A stretch of 63,853 bases of DNA, the filler included, from Reticulomyxa filosa (lineage: Eukaryota > Protista > Foraminifera), in NCBI GenBank assembly GCA_000512085.1. It is 16 parts of 16 records of this genome, joined end to end, with 100 filler letters (N's around TTAATTAATTAA, not from the genome) between each part and the next. Parts side by side here need not be neighbours in the genome. Positions count along the whole stretch, not along the records: positions 35,108 to 45,333 come from ASPP01006116.1; positions 45,434 to 48,816 come from ASPP01008343.1; positions 48,917 to 52,147 come from ASPP01018234.1; 13 more parts are not named here. The stretch is one strand, 5' to 3'. Numbering within the stretch: position 1 is the stretch's first letter; each line of letters begins with the position of its first letter. Of this stretch, positions 39,057 to 52,247 are shown in pieces. A model generated the notes under the pieces. That model saw only the letters and a list, made by a program, of their open reading frames with translations, was not told where the DNA came from and searched no databases. The position numbers were made by a program, and so were the translations under genes.

Positions 39057-41952
39057 ATGCAAAAAAGCATTCAAAGGACGAACACATTGGTACAAATTGA
39101 CAATTTATCTTACTGGAGCGACGAGGAACGACTTCGCGAGAGACTGTCGAAAACAGGAGAAATCGTTGGGATTGTGTACTCTCTTGATAATCCGACCTCC
39201 GCAATGATTCAATTCAAAGAAGAAGCAAGCGCTATTAAATGCGTGGAGCAAATGGAAAATGTGAGTTTGGATGGATCAAGACTTAAGGTTAGACTGGTGC
39301 ATAACCAGAACGTAGATGCATGGGATGGACTTAACAATAAAGATGCGATCCCAAAACTGCAAATGAATATTAATGACTCATTGGAACAAATTGTCACCTA
39401 CAAAGATTTTGACCAGCATTGTAAAATTCTGGCAGAGTTGCTTCAGGTTATTTTTGTTTTTTGCAAATTGCAATAAATTACAAACCACAAAATCACAATA
39501 AAAAGGATGCACCAAACAGAGTAGTAACCGAAGTGCATAGTGGCGAAGGGATAATGACATACGCATTGACAAACAATTTCCAAGAAGTTCAATGCCTGGA
39601 ACAAGACCCTGCCTTGTCCAAGCAGTGCTCGCATAATTTAAGAGTATTGAATCGAATTAATCGAATTAAATTTTTTCCTTATTATAATTTGATTCGCTCT
39701 TTGAAGGAGGATCTCATTTATATTCATCCCACCTTAAAGCACGATCAGTCCACAGTTGGAAGCTTTTCACTACAGCAAGTATTGATTTATTTGTTTCTTT
39801 TTTTCTTACATTTTTTATAATACCAAATTTTTTGAATGTCGTATGTACAAATACAATGGTTTGTGGAAAAGTATTATGAAAAAATTATTGAATGGAAAAA
39901 ACCGCCAGAAAATGGATTGAAAATAATTGCAATTCTGATAAAAAAGGCACCGTCGCTAGTATCAGATGATAATCTAGTAATTCCACTCAATATTATGGAA
40001 TTTGTGAACAGTTTGAAGCATCCATGTTTATGTATTAGCATTGACTACAATAACCATCATTCATTGATGGTGCTGGACTTTGTGCACAATTTTCAAGAAA
40101 TGTTGATACTTATTACCAAAATCCAACAAAAAAAATGTATATTGTCATTTAATAACATTAATATTATTCGCCAAGTTGCACCAAACGACAGTCACCATCA
40201 ACGATATATGAAAACACATCCTTCCCTTTCATATTCCACAAATGTAAAGTTAGAGGAAAAGAATGATGAAAGTGAGGACTCTTATCAAAGCCAGAATCAC
40301 GGTTATGCCAATTGTAATAGCAACGAAGGTAACGAAATAGAAAAAAAAGAAATAAATGTTGACATGCATGAACCAGAAGTAACAAATCTGAATATACAAT
40401 CATCAAATTGCCTAAAATATGACACAATTCCTGTCACTTCCACAAGTGGGAAAAAGAGGACTCAATCACAATTCCAAAATGAAAATTTGTGAACGATGCC
40501 CCTAACTTTTGCAAGTGCCGTTGAAAAACAACAAAAAAATAAGAAAGATGGAGCCCCAAGTACCAACCAATAACAACGAAATGCAATGTATTGGAACAAA
40601 CATTCATCCAATGATTAAAAAATTGATGAATCAAAAGAATTTTCAATTAGTAGACGATTTACAAATATCTGGCTATCGCACATGGATTACGAAACAAGTT
40701 CAAATCAGTCAAAAGAAAACATCAAAGAATGTTACACAAGGACCTCTTCCCTCATTAGATTTATCACATACTTGGACCGATTGCACATGTGGAGAAGAAG
40801 AGGAGATATTCGACAAAATTAATCAAGCGGATGTACTGCCTTCATCATCCCGACAAATGACCATGGATCAAGAGGCGAGCATTGAACATTATGCAAGCGA
40901 TGATTTCTCTTGGTGGTGTGGTATCCATTATGATAATAATTGTCCGCGAATGTTGTTAGTTGGTATTGATTCAAAAATTTATTTGGTGGACGAATCTTTT
41001 AACTTTTTTTTTAATGCCACATTTTCTCAGATGCTTGCAAATATATTGTGTTTTGACAATGACTTCAATACAAAATCTCAAAGCGACCGTGTCACGATTA
41101 TGGACGGAACACTAATGTTTGCCTTGGACGCATCTGATATTTCGAATGAAAAACCAATGGTTTTTAAAATACTGGATTGTTTAGTATGGAAATCAAAGCG
41201 ACTGAAAACTCTTCAAGACCGAATTGAGAAACAAATCAGTTTACACTTTTTTAGCTAATTTTTTCTAAACAGCTTGAAGTTGAGTAGTTTTTTAATTTAT
41301 ATTCATTTGCTTTAATAAAGGGCCCTTTGTCCAGACTTTCGATGATTATGCTCAGTCCATGAAAGATCAGCCTTTTGATAAACGCAATGTTGTTCCATTA
41401 ATATTGGACAAATACTCCATAGTACCAAAATGCAATATAATGCAGCTTCTGAAAGAGATAGATGTATCATTTGAAAATGACAGTCAACAAGTTTACTGTT
41501 ATCATAATGGGTATGCTGTCAATGGTATTTTATGTTTGGCCAACTTTGGCCCCTGTATTATTGACAAACGCCTTGAAAATGGAAAATCTCGAAAATTGTG
41601 GAAATGTAACCTCCACATTTCGCAATGGCAAAAAACGCTTCAAGCAAATAAAATCGACTGGAAGAAAAAGAAAATTGTGAATGATTCTGGCTTCGGCGAA
41701 ATCCAAGTACAAATTAACAAAAGGGATAATATCTTATTAACCAATCGACAATATGTCAATATTGGATCTCGTCCCAACCGAGAAGATTCCAAAACGTTGA
41801 AATTGGTAACTCGATTTCAAGGTGTAACTCAGGACGGAAACCTTTTAAATTGGAAACTTTTATCTAATCAAACATTTATACAACCATCAGTTGTTGGTCA
41901 ATATGTGCCACTAGATAAAATGTTGAGCGGGGCACTTGGTGCTGTTTCTTAA
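39057..41952 (+). CDS. RRM + Tgs1-like methyltransferase-fold + mRNA-capping guanylyltransferase-like fusion (both enzyme domains degenerate)
   Basis: RRM VQIDNL..AMIQF..AIKC..LDGSRLKVRL. Tgs-like VVTEVHSGEG..FQEVQCLEQDP..HNLRV..LKEDLIYIHP. GTase-like RMLL..IYLVDE.F, TIMDGTL, FKILDCL, LQDRI, NGILC, RKLWK. Introns 39447-39505, 39779-39871, ~41239-41320; the join near 40490-40515 is uncertain. Confidence 0.65.
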
Positions 41953-43564
41953 TTACATTTGAAGAATGCAGTCATCTTTTTTACACAAATATTCGAGGCT
42001 AACGCATTTACAAAAGTTGATTCTTTACTTTCAGTATAAGAATTGATTGAAAAAAGTAAATTTTAAATAAGATTTTGCTTGAACGATTTTTCACAAGAAT
42101 ATCTGAAAGAAAAAGGTTTACTTTTTTATGCTGTACAACAACTAATACATTCTTCCTTTTAAACGGAATCTCTTTCTATCTTATATCTTGATATATTGGT
42201 TATGATATTATATGATGAAATTCATTACATTTCTCATTTATTTTCATTTCAATTACTGATGCAATTTCGTCTTCAATCAATTGAAGTATTCTTTCGTTTT
42301 TTCAGAATAATCTAGCAGTTTTGGATATTTTGAAACAATGACACAAACACATCTGATTTTCTTTGATCTTTGCTAAATCTTTACTGTTGATTTCACAAAT
42401 ACAAAAATAACTGATATATTGTCGGATTCATCGATTTGAACTAATTGTTTTGCACTTCCATCTTTTAATGATCTGATGCTTTTGATTATGTATTTTATTT
42501 TTCTCCGAAATTTCTCCTTTTCAATGTTGATGGTTATTGTTTAAATTATAATGATTTCCAGAAGTTCAAATATTCTTTCTTTGTCTGTGCAATAAATCGC
42601 TACATCATAGTTTGTTTTATTTCCAAATGACTTGTTCTAATTGAAATCTTTACAATATTAATCATACATCATGTTATACATTCATGATATCACGCATGTA
42701 GTCTATCAAATAAAATGTGGAACGTTTGCAGATGACACTGCATCATGAACACAAATAAATACAACTAATACAATTTATTATTTAAAACAATTGTTAGGTA
42801 TCATTGGAGTATGCTAATGCTATTTGGTGTTGCTTGCAGCTAGCAAGACTTAATGAATCACATTCAGATATCAGAAAGAGGAAATTCCCAAAAATAAAAA
42901 CAACTTTAGAGGAAAACAAAATGAAACATTGTACAAATCAAACAGAAGGGGAAAACGACCAATTAATAAGCTGAAATTGAAGTGAAATGAAGTTTTGTTG
43001 TATTTTCTTGTGCAAATTATGATTGTGATTTTTTTTTTTAAGCACGCGATGTTCTTAGGATAAGGCAAGCTAACTTAGTATGCAAGATTAGAGTATTTTC
43101 ACGAATCGCTTCTTTTAAAAAATTACCAAAGATTGATTTAACACTACAACAAACATGAAGGGATGTGATCATGTGAGTATCTCGATTGTTTATTGATTAT
43201 CACATGACTTATTACGGACATATTAATTATGTGTATGATAAAGTGAATAGTAGCTTTGGATAGTTGACATAATTATGTTTATATAAAGTATATACAAGCA
43301 TAATATATTACACAATAAAAAAAAATTTTAGTCAAATTCATAATCATTTTTAACTGGACGAAAAGTTATTTCTATAAGAGAATTTGAAGTTTGCACTAGA
43401 TAATAATTTGTGAATATTATTGATGTTTTTTATTGGAAAGGGATGAAAAATCCAAGCAAAGTCTCCACAACATTTGGAAAGCGTTTTCAAACATCTTTAG
43501 TCTATAGGAACACCACTTGCAAATTTTTTATAGATATCGCGGAACATTGATATTTTCAGATATA

Positions 43565-44345
43565 CAGTCGCGGCAAAAAAAATTAGCAACACCTAAAATA
43601 TGAAATTTTTGACATATGAAAGTTTTCAACTAGTAAAAAGATTTTTTATCACGATAAAAAAAAAATTTTACTAGTTAAAAAAAATCTTTTTTTAGTAGTT
43701 TGAAAGTATTTTCTTTGTATCTTTGTCTTTGTTTCTGTTTTCGCCACAATCTTGTTGACGACGAAAATCGTTGTTAATAATCGAAGATTGCAGTATCTAG
43801 TTGTTCTGTTCTTGTCTTCATTCAAAATACAACTTTTTTTCAAAAGTTTATCGATGATGAAGGATTACATTTTTTTTTTGTGAAGAACATTTTAAAATCA
43901 CAGGGTTTAAATGGTCGCATACGTATCAAAAAGCATCGGTTAACTAGCTCGCCAAAAAACACAAATCATGGCCAAAAGTGAGTAGAGAAAAGTTATTTTT
44001 TCCGATGAAACGAAAATAAATCGTTTCGGAGGTGACAGAATAGAATACATTTGGCGAAGACCTAATGAAATGATTTCTGATCGTACTAAGCCTACTGTGA
44101 AAGGTGGTGGAGGAAGCATGATGATTTGGGGATGCTGCCAAAATCACAGGAACTGTTAACTCTCAGTTGTATAAGAGATTATCTCTGACTAAATGTGGAA
44201 CTCTAGTCAATATTGTCTCGAAGAAAAGTATCAGGAGGGCTTTATCTTTCAGCAAGACAATGCATATTGTCACAAGTCAAATTCAACTATGGAATTTTTG
44301 GAGAATAATCGAATAGCGCTCTTAGAACATCATCCGAGAATCTAA
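43565..44345 (+). mobile_element. Tc1-family transposon relic with left TIR
   Basis: TA|CAGTCGCGGCAAAAAAAATTAGCAACACC end; GLNGRIRIKK, VIFSDETKINRFG, PTVKGGGGSMMIWGC, FIFQQDNAYCHKS, with stops between. No right TIR seen. Confidence 0.9.
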
Positions 44346-44639
44346 AGATAAAGATACACCAAAACCATGAGGTTGGTCGATACCAAGAAGAAAATTTTTC
44401 TTTTGATTATTTTTGCATGGATCTTTTAGTTCTTTTAGTTTTGTGTCTTCTCTTTGAGTATTGTGTTCTATATGTGCTATTTTAACTAGAAAGATATAAA
44501 TTTGTGCATGTGGAGAGGCAAAAAGCAGTACAAGTTATGGTTGACACGCCCCAACCAATCAAAAAAAAAAATAAAGTTGATATGCCATTGTGATTTTGGA
44601 ACTTTTTACTCTTGATTCCAATGATGGCATCTGTGTGAT

Positions 44640-45200
44640 TACATTCACAGTGTAGGAAGGAATGTCAAATAACGAAGTTTCTTGATGCTTTGACATCCAA
44701 ATACATTGGCACGTTATTGAATGGTCGTGATGATGGATTTTATTCCAAGTCCAAACATTAAAAAAAAGCAACACCATATCTGTTTATTGCAAGAAGGATT
44801 CAGATCAAAGAAGAAGGAAATCGATTATAATTTTCATCACTGGAGTGAGACAGGAAGATCTGGAATGTTATGTCGAAGATATTTGCATTCATTTCACCAT
44901 CATTCAATAACATGATGATACATTCAATGTATTTGGTTACAAATCGTGTTGGGAAAGAAACTGTTATTTCTATCGAAATTTGCAGTGTAAAACATTCAAT
45001 ATTCAAGCATTCGAAAAAGAATTACAATCTGATATGAAAATGACTGAATATATTGTCGAGGCTGGACAATTGGTATAAAAAAAAAAAATATTATCATCAT
45101 TAACTATCACCGTGAAAAATCGTCAAGATTATATGGAGATCACTTAAAGTAAACTTAGAACAAGTAGATATATCGATATATCAAGTCGTTTCAACACAAC
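44640..45200 (+). mobile_element. Possible LINE apurinic-endonuclease (ORF2 N-terminal) relic
   Basis: HICLLQE..WSETGRSGMLCRR resembles the EN motifs I.LQE and RGG..; heavily disrupted. Confidence 0.4.
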
Positions 45201-45460
45201 AAGAATCTTCAAGTCAAAGTCTGAAAATTTTTTTTTACTAGTAAAATTAATTTTTATAGTTAGTAACCTTGATCATAATATCTGGTTTCAAAAAAAAAAT
45301 TAATATTTATCCACTTCATCATTAATATTAACTNNNNNNNNNNNNNNNNNNNNNNNNNNNNNNNNNNNNNNNNNNNNTTAATTAATTAANNNNNNNNNNN
45401 NNNNNNNNNNNNNNNNNNNNNNNNNNNNNNNNNAAAAAAAAAAAGCAATTTGTAAACAAT

Positions 45461-45980
45461 TCAAAAAAAATTTTTTTTTTTTTGTACCAATTGTGGCATT
45501 TGAATGTCTGGCTCTTGATTTACTTCTTCCTTCTCCTCTAAACGGATACCCTTTTTTTTGCTTTTTGCGCGATCCATTCCTCCATAAAGTCCAATATTCT
45601 CACATGCAAAGCCGTTAGATCCATTGGCGATTTGTATCATCGCTGAGGTATACGTACCTTGCTGGCCATATTCTTTTTTGCCTGCCCTCTCCGACCATTT
45701 CAAGGTACGTATATCTTTCACACCATTTGTCGACCTTGTCGTATATTTTTCTTTGTTGCGTGCCACCTCTTCGTTATTTCTCTGTCCAATTTTTTAAAAA
45801 ATAAATAAATAAATAAAATAGTTGGGAATGGAAGAGAGGAAAGAAAAGGTAAAAAAATAATAACATACTGATCGTGATCTCTCATTACTCTTCTCAGTCT
45901 TGTCTCCATCTTCTTTTGTTTGACTTTCTCTTGCCGTTTCTTTGTCGCTTCGCTCAAAAATAAATGACAGCCAATTGTCT
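45461..45980 (-). CDS. Hypothetical protein fragment with a possible calponin-like repeat
   Basis: Spliced basic ORFs; MIQIANGSNGFA weakly resembles the calponin repeat I.LQ.G.N.FAS. Confidence 0.3.
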
Positions 45981-47038
45981 ATTTTTTTTTATTTTTTTTT
46001 AGACACCTTTCTGCTTTCAAAAAAAAATTAACGTATGGTTGGTGTGATTTACTGGCACCTGGACTGGTTTTGGTTCCCAATTTCTTGCTTTCACTCAGTT
46101 TCACATTAAATACCACTAACTCGTCACAAAACTGACCTTTATTATTTTTATACATGTTACAGGGTAGATTATTGGGAAAAATATGTAAAGAATAACTAGT
46201 GAACGAAACTTTGTGCTGTGTCCTTGTTCATTCTGAACACTATAATTTACTCTTTGTTAGAAAGTTACAAGCTCGAAAAAAATTCTTGGTTCACTGTGCT
46301 AGCACGAAAAATCTTAATTTGATTGCATATATGAAATTATATTTTATGTGCTAAAAAAACGAATATTATGTTTTGCCACTTCTGATTTATTCATGCCTTT
46401 GATTAAGAAAAAGACGTGAGTGTATGTTTGCCTTTAGGTAATTCATTACATGTCGGGCATTGCACGTGCTTAAAACAATATAATAATAAACATTAAATTT
46501 CAAAACTGATATGCAAGAAAAGAAAAATAGAATTATATGTAAATGAATTGATTTGAGCAAAGCAAAAATTAAATCGCAAAATAATAGATTAAAGCAAAGT
46601 ACATATGTAATTTGTTTTTACAGTTTTGTCAATTATTTTATTTTTGTATTTATCTGATTACCAACGCAAAAAGTTAATGAAAAAAATATAGAATAAAAAG
46701 TATAATACACAAACACTATAATATAATACATAAAACCGGAAAATTAATACACAACAAACCAAAAAACAAATTATTATGCTTGCAACAATTAAATGGTATT
46801 CTCAAATTTTTTAGGGCTTGTGGAACTATCTACAAAAAACACTTTTGAGTAAGAACGCTTTTCTTTTAAGAAGCACGTGCCTAAACTCAAACTTAGAAAG
46901 GGGATAATAGATTATATATTCTTTTGCATTTTTTCATTGGCAATTCTATAGTTAACACATGTATTTTGCGCACAGTAACTGCCGTGTATCGAAAAATGCA
47001 ACTAAATAAACTTAATAGGAGCAAAGACAACTCATAAA

Positions 47039-47518
47039 ATGTCCAAAAAAGTAGAACGACCAGACGCGGCAGCACAAGCAGCAGGAAACTTGACGAAATG
47101 GGAAGTGGCTGAATTTAAAGAAGCTTTCGCGTTGTTTGACAGCAAAAAAGACGGCAGTATAGATCCGGACGAGTTGAAAGAAATGATGGGTCACTTGGGT
47201 CAAGAATGCAGTGACGAAGAGATTAAAGACATGATTGACGTAGCAGATGAATTGAGCACAGGACGCATCGATTTTCCGTCCTTTTTGAAGCAATTTCAAC
47301 ACGACGAAAATGAAAATGTTGAACAATTTGTGCAGCAGGCATTTGCGTTAATTGGCAGTGGAGGCGACATTACAGGTGATGCCATTGAGCAGTTCTTTGG
47401 ACAGATTGGCTTGAAACTGATCAGTGACGAAATTAACGAAATTGTTAAAATTGCTGACGAAGACGGGGATGGAAAAATAGGGTTAGAAGATTTTCGAAAG
47501 TTGTACACTAAAAAATAA
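47039..47518 (+). CDS. Calmodulin/centrin-like EF-hand protein (159 aa, intronless)
   Basis: EFKEAFALFDSKKDGSIDPDEL, EIKDMIDVAD..TGRIDF, ADEDGDGKIGLEDF; complete from ATG to TAA. Confidence 0.92.
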   Translation: MSKKVERPDAAAQAAGNLTKWEVAEFKEAFALFDSKKDGSIDPDELKEMMGHLGQECSDEEIKDMIDVADELSTGRIDFPSFLKQFQHDENENVEQFVQQAFALIGSGGDITGDAIEQFFGQIGLKLISDEINEIVKIADEDGDGKIGLEDFRKLYTKK

Positions 47519-47810
47519 TTTATTTTTTTTGAAAAATAAAACCCCATTATTTTGGTCCCCCTTTTTTTTTTTTTTTGAGATGTTGGTTTGATTGCCAGTG
47601 TTTCCATGTTTTGTTGTCTGAATATATAGTTTTTTTTTTGTTTTTTGTTTTTGTTTGTTTTTGTTTTTTGCAATTTTGACATAAATCAATTATATGGATC
47701 AATGGACTTTTACAAATTCAAAAATTCAACACTTTTCACCCTTCAAAAAAGGGAAAGTGTAAAGAGAAGGAGGGAGGGGAAGGGAGGAGTAAGCTGGATG
47801 CACATCAATG

Positions 47811-48778
47811 TTATGACGTATCCGATGGGGGAAAGAGGATTGTGATTTCTTTGTTTCTTGTAGTTTTTTTTAACAAAAAGGATTGGACTAGTTTTTTTAA
47901 CAGCTGAAAACGTTCAGACGCAGCTTTTTTTTGCATTGACTTCATGATCGAGATTAGTGCCCTCTCCAATAAAATTGTGCTAATCTTGGGATGATGGAGA
48001 TGTAAAACGACAAATTGCAAGAAATTGTAATGTTTCTTTTTTTAAAGAAACAGCCACCAAAAATATTCTTATAAAGTAGAACAAAAAAGAAAGCGCAACG
48101 GCTGAAAAAGTAAAAGTGTATATGATATGTGAAATGATCTCCGATGCTTGGAAGAAAACTATCGTCCCAGCCTAAGACAAAAATGCAATTAACTTATAAA
48201 AAAAAAAAAAAGAAGTTGAACCACACCGTTGTCGTTATAAAAAAAAAAAAAAACTTTGTAAAATGTAACTCAGAGCTAACAACAGCAAAAAGAAGTAGTC
48301 CATGACAAAGATGGATGAGTGGCAGGGTCGAAATAATGACAATAATCGTGATGAAAAAAGAAGACAAATTAGATGGGTAGAAAAGAGAGAAAAAGAGAAA
48401 AATGATAATGTGAATGTACTGCATGTAAATCGCGAGCCACGACAATTACGCGATGAAAGGACCATTGGAGGCATACCAAGTGAGTCGAATGCCGCTAAAT
48501 GCCTCCATTCCAGTAAAGAACGACAAGGCGATAATGGGAATAAAAAACAGAATAATTTCAATGGAGATTTGGGTGAGCAAGCCTAAATTGAAGAAACCAA
48601 TTTTAACAATTAAAAACAATGCCATAAATCCATACGAAAATACTAAATAGCAAATCGGGTACACACATTTGAAGTAATATGTACGGTCATTGCCATGAGA
48701 ATAATATTTTCTTAATCGAAGGATGTAAGGAACAAGTGGTAAGCTTAACAAGCCAAAAAAGCTGTACACTCCAATCCA
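47811..48778 (-). CDS. Multi-pass membrane protein, 3' part
   Basis: Successive hydrophobic segments in 48778-48449, ~48420-48260, 48170-48050 and a basic tail at 48020-47811; exon structure uncertain. Confidence 0.4.
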
Positions 48779-48916
48779 CTAGGTGCATAGCCACACCATA
48801 TACGTATACATATATANNNNNNNNNNNNNNNNNNNNNNNNNNNNNNNNNNNNNNNNNNNNTTAATTAATTAANNNNNNNNNNNNNNNNNNNNNNNNNNNN
48901 NNNNNNNNNNNNNNNN

Positions 48917-50570
48917 ATCATTTGGTCGGAGGTGACTTGACAGCCAAGTTGGCCATAATGTAATTGATGGAGATTTTGTAATGCTTTTGGTTTTGCAAAA
49001 TGTGAATACATTGATCGAATGGACAGTAGATGGCACGATAAATGGCCAAAACTTTGGGATTGTCATTTTCGAACTTGACGCTTGGACAGTAGTGCCATGT
49101 GTTGGTGGAGACGTTGAGCGTGTGAATAGTGTCTTCCAAGCCGATGATCACTACGCTGCAATACTCGACACAAAAGAAGATGGGGAAATTGCGAAACGGG
49201 AAAATGGATGGCACTGTGCCAAAGGAGGAAGGTTCAAAATGGAAGATTTCCTCTTCTTTCACTACTTCTCTCTCCTCTCGAGCGTCTTCTTTCACCGACC
49301 GCGGAGACACTTGCTCACTTCTCGGGTCCCTTTTCTCCGTTTTGATATTCAACGTCACGTCTTTCTCATTGTCCTTCTTGTCCGCTTTTCCATAGTCTGT
49401 CTCAATATCACTGTTGTTACTGCTTTGCGATCTTGAAGGAGAACGCTTTTCCAATTATATGTATATAACATATACATATACGTACATATATACATATATG
49501 TATATATGTATACGTATACATGTGTGTATTTGATATGTTTATATATGTATATATATATATAATTATATAAACTGGGTCTGGCATGTCCCCGTCAAATTGA
49601 ACCAAATTGCTTTGTTTTAGGGGGTCATTCATGTCCAAGAACTGAACGAACTTTTGATCGTCAAAGGTGAGAATGTACGAGTAATTTTGGACGAACAACA
49701 AGTAGAGGTACTTTTGGTCGAGACAAAGGTAATAAACAAACTCTGCAATGAGCTGGAAGATGCCATTGTCGACATTTGTCTCGCGCAGCAACTGCTGGAC
49801 AAGTGATCCTTGCTTGATCACGTGGTCCACAAAGTAGCTGTTGTACGCGGGGATGTTGATTGGCACCAAGCCATGGTCGATCCAAAGCAGGGATGCCTTT
49901 GGGCTTGGCAATAGCTTGTCATTGCGATACAACCATTCGTACGATTCCAAATCCAACACATGCAAGCCATTTGGAAATGCTCGTCCTCCAGTTACTAACA
50001 AGATATTATACCCCCGATTTGGTCCGCATACATGATACACGTAGTTTACCTTTTTTTTTTTTTTTTTTTTTTTTTTGGATAGTGCAATACGTATACATAT
50101 ATATGTACATATACGTATTACTGCATGTAACATGTTTATAGCTTCCTTCATTCATTCATACCTTCACTATACACATCGATTGCCAATGAAGGCACCGGCT
50201 CAAATTCCAGAGAGCTCCCGTATTCCTTTGGTTTGATGGCTTGCACTTGTGTTGAATCGAGTGCAGAAGATAACGGCACGCTCAATGAACATATATGCCC
50301 TTCGTAACTCATAAACCTTTCGCCTCCGAGTGATATCAGAGTTATAATGTTCTCCTCCGTTTTCCATTTCGTGTAGTAGTGCGCCACACTATGTCCGTTG
50401 GGCTTAAAGCCCGTCGGGTATTGTGCAAACTGCGTATACGCTCCCGATGCAATGTCGTACTTCAAGCATGTCTGGCCTATTAACCAAACTTCCTTGTCAA
50501 CACTTACTAACTCAAAATCTTTTGCACTCCGTCCTCCTGAAAGTGGAGGACAATTCTCCAAACCGGTCAT
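48917..50570 (-). CDS. Divergent Kelch-repeat protein, multi-exon, 3' truncated
   Basis: EVWLIG..CLKYD..YP..GHSV..ITLISLGG, ILLVTGG..LDLESYEW..DHG, and IHTLNVSTNTW blades; same family as 23992-24270. Confidence 0.65.
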
Positions 50571-52247
50571 TTGTTATTTATTAAACTCTTTGATTACCAA
50601 TTTTTTTTTTTGAAAATAATTTTTTGTCACTGATTATGTCAAGCGAAATTTTTTGCAAGTTCTGTCGTCCTCTCCCCTCTTCAAAAGGAGCACGCTAAAG
50701 CAAATTCAAAATACAAGTGAAAAAGGAAATTAAAAAAAGTATTGGCCAGCTTCAAACTTATTTTCAATGTTAAAAAAAATATCAGTTTCGACAAGATAAA
50801 CTATACATCCAACACTTTATTTTAATCGAATTCATTGCATGTTTAATATCTATCGCTTTATGATTAATCATATGCTAATTTTGACATGAACTTGTTCTAG
50901 CAAAAGAAGATGCATATCTACTTGTTTTTTTGTTTAAGGCAAATATTTGCCTTTTTATTTCGTCCATAGTACATATTACATGAACCGGTCCAACAGTCGG
51001 TAAAACGTTCCTAGGAAACAAACTTTTTTGCTTATGTAATAAATGCTCTTTCATTAATAAATTCTTCAAATTGAAGATAGTTCGAAGTAAAAAAGAATCA
51101 GAAGAAGAAGCAAAATTACAAGAAAAAAACCATTCGCAACTGCAGAGTCAATATATCATACGTTTAGGTTGCAGAAAAAATTGCAATATCATGAAGATGA
51201 TCAATTTTCTCCATAAAAAACGAAACACATTAATCTAATTTTTTAAACTTCACAAATACTTTTTTGTGTAAATTTTTATTTGAATTTATTGTCTACTTTC
51301 CTTGCATTTGTTTTTAATGCCACTTAAATTTAAAATAGTTTTTTATTGCTTTTAAAAAATCAAAATTTGTATCGTAATTTTTGAATGAAAATTGTTGCTC
51401 GTGTCATAAGAAATGAAAACTGAATTTGGAATTTTAAAACATAATAGTTCATAAAAAAGATATAACCAACAATTGGGAAAAAAGTTCAAGTTAAAACACC
51501 AATAAATAGTGCCATCATTAAACAAGACTTCCATGATGCAATACATAATTATTAGCTTCATCATAAGTAAAAATATAGTGTTCAGATTTTGACACATTGA
51601 CATTGTGCAAGAGTATATGTGTCTTCATTCACATACTATAAAATCTCATGTTAAAAAATTCAGCTGCTCTGCTGTCAGGACAAGTTGTTCCACTATACAC
51701 ATTTAAATTATCTCCACAAATTAAAAAATGTAAAGTTTTTATTGTTCAAATAAAAAATAAAAATAAAAGCTAACAACGAAAAAAAAAAATTGTAAAAACT
51801 GATAATGTTCGAATAATTGGCATATAATCTTTTCACATACACATATTAATTGCATTTAAGCTTAATATTTTAGTATCATATAAATTCCAGCACAAACTCA
51901 TCCTACTATCAGTTATACATACCAAGCACGTTGTACTAAATAATAAATATGCTACAATAAATGATCAAATATTCAGCACTGGACATATAAAAATCAATAA
52001 ATAACTTTATAAAAAAAAATTTACATATGAAAAAAAAAAGCAATAAAATTTGAAAGATATTACATCGTTAAAAAAAAAAAATAATAAATCACATTTAGTT
52101 TATAATAATCGTCGTTGTAAAAAAATTAAAGCCAAAGGGCCAAAAGGNNNNNNNNNNNNNNNNNNNNNNNNNNNNNNNNNNNNNNNNNNNNTTAATTAAT
52201 TAANNNNNNNNNNNNNNNNNNNNNNNNNNNNNNNNNNNNNNNNNNNN

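Noticed and set aside
42200-42900. Possible decayed minus-strand CDS
   Set aside because: No motif could be recovered in any frame I read.
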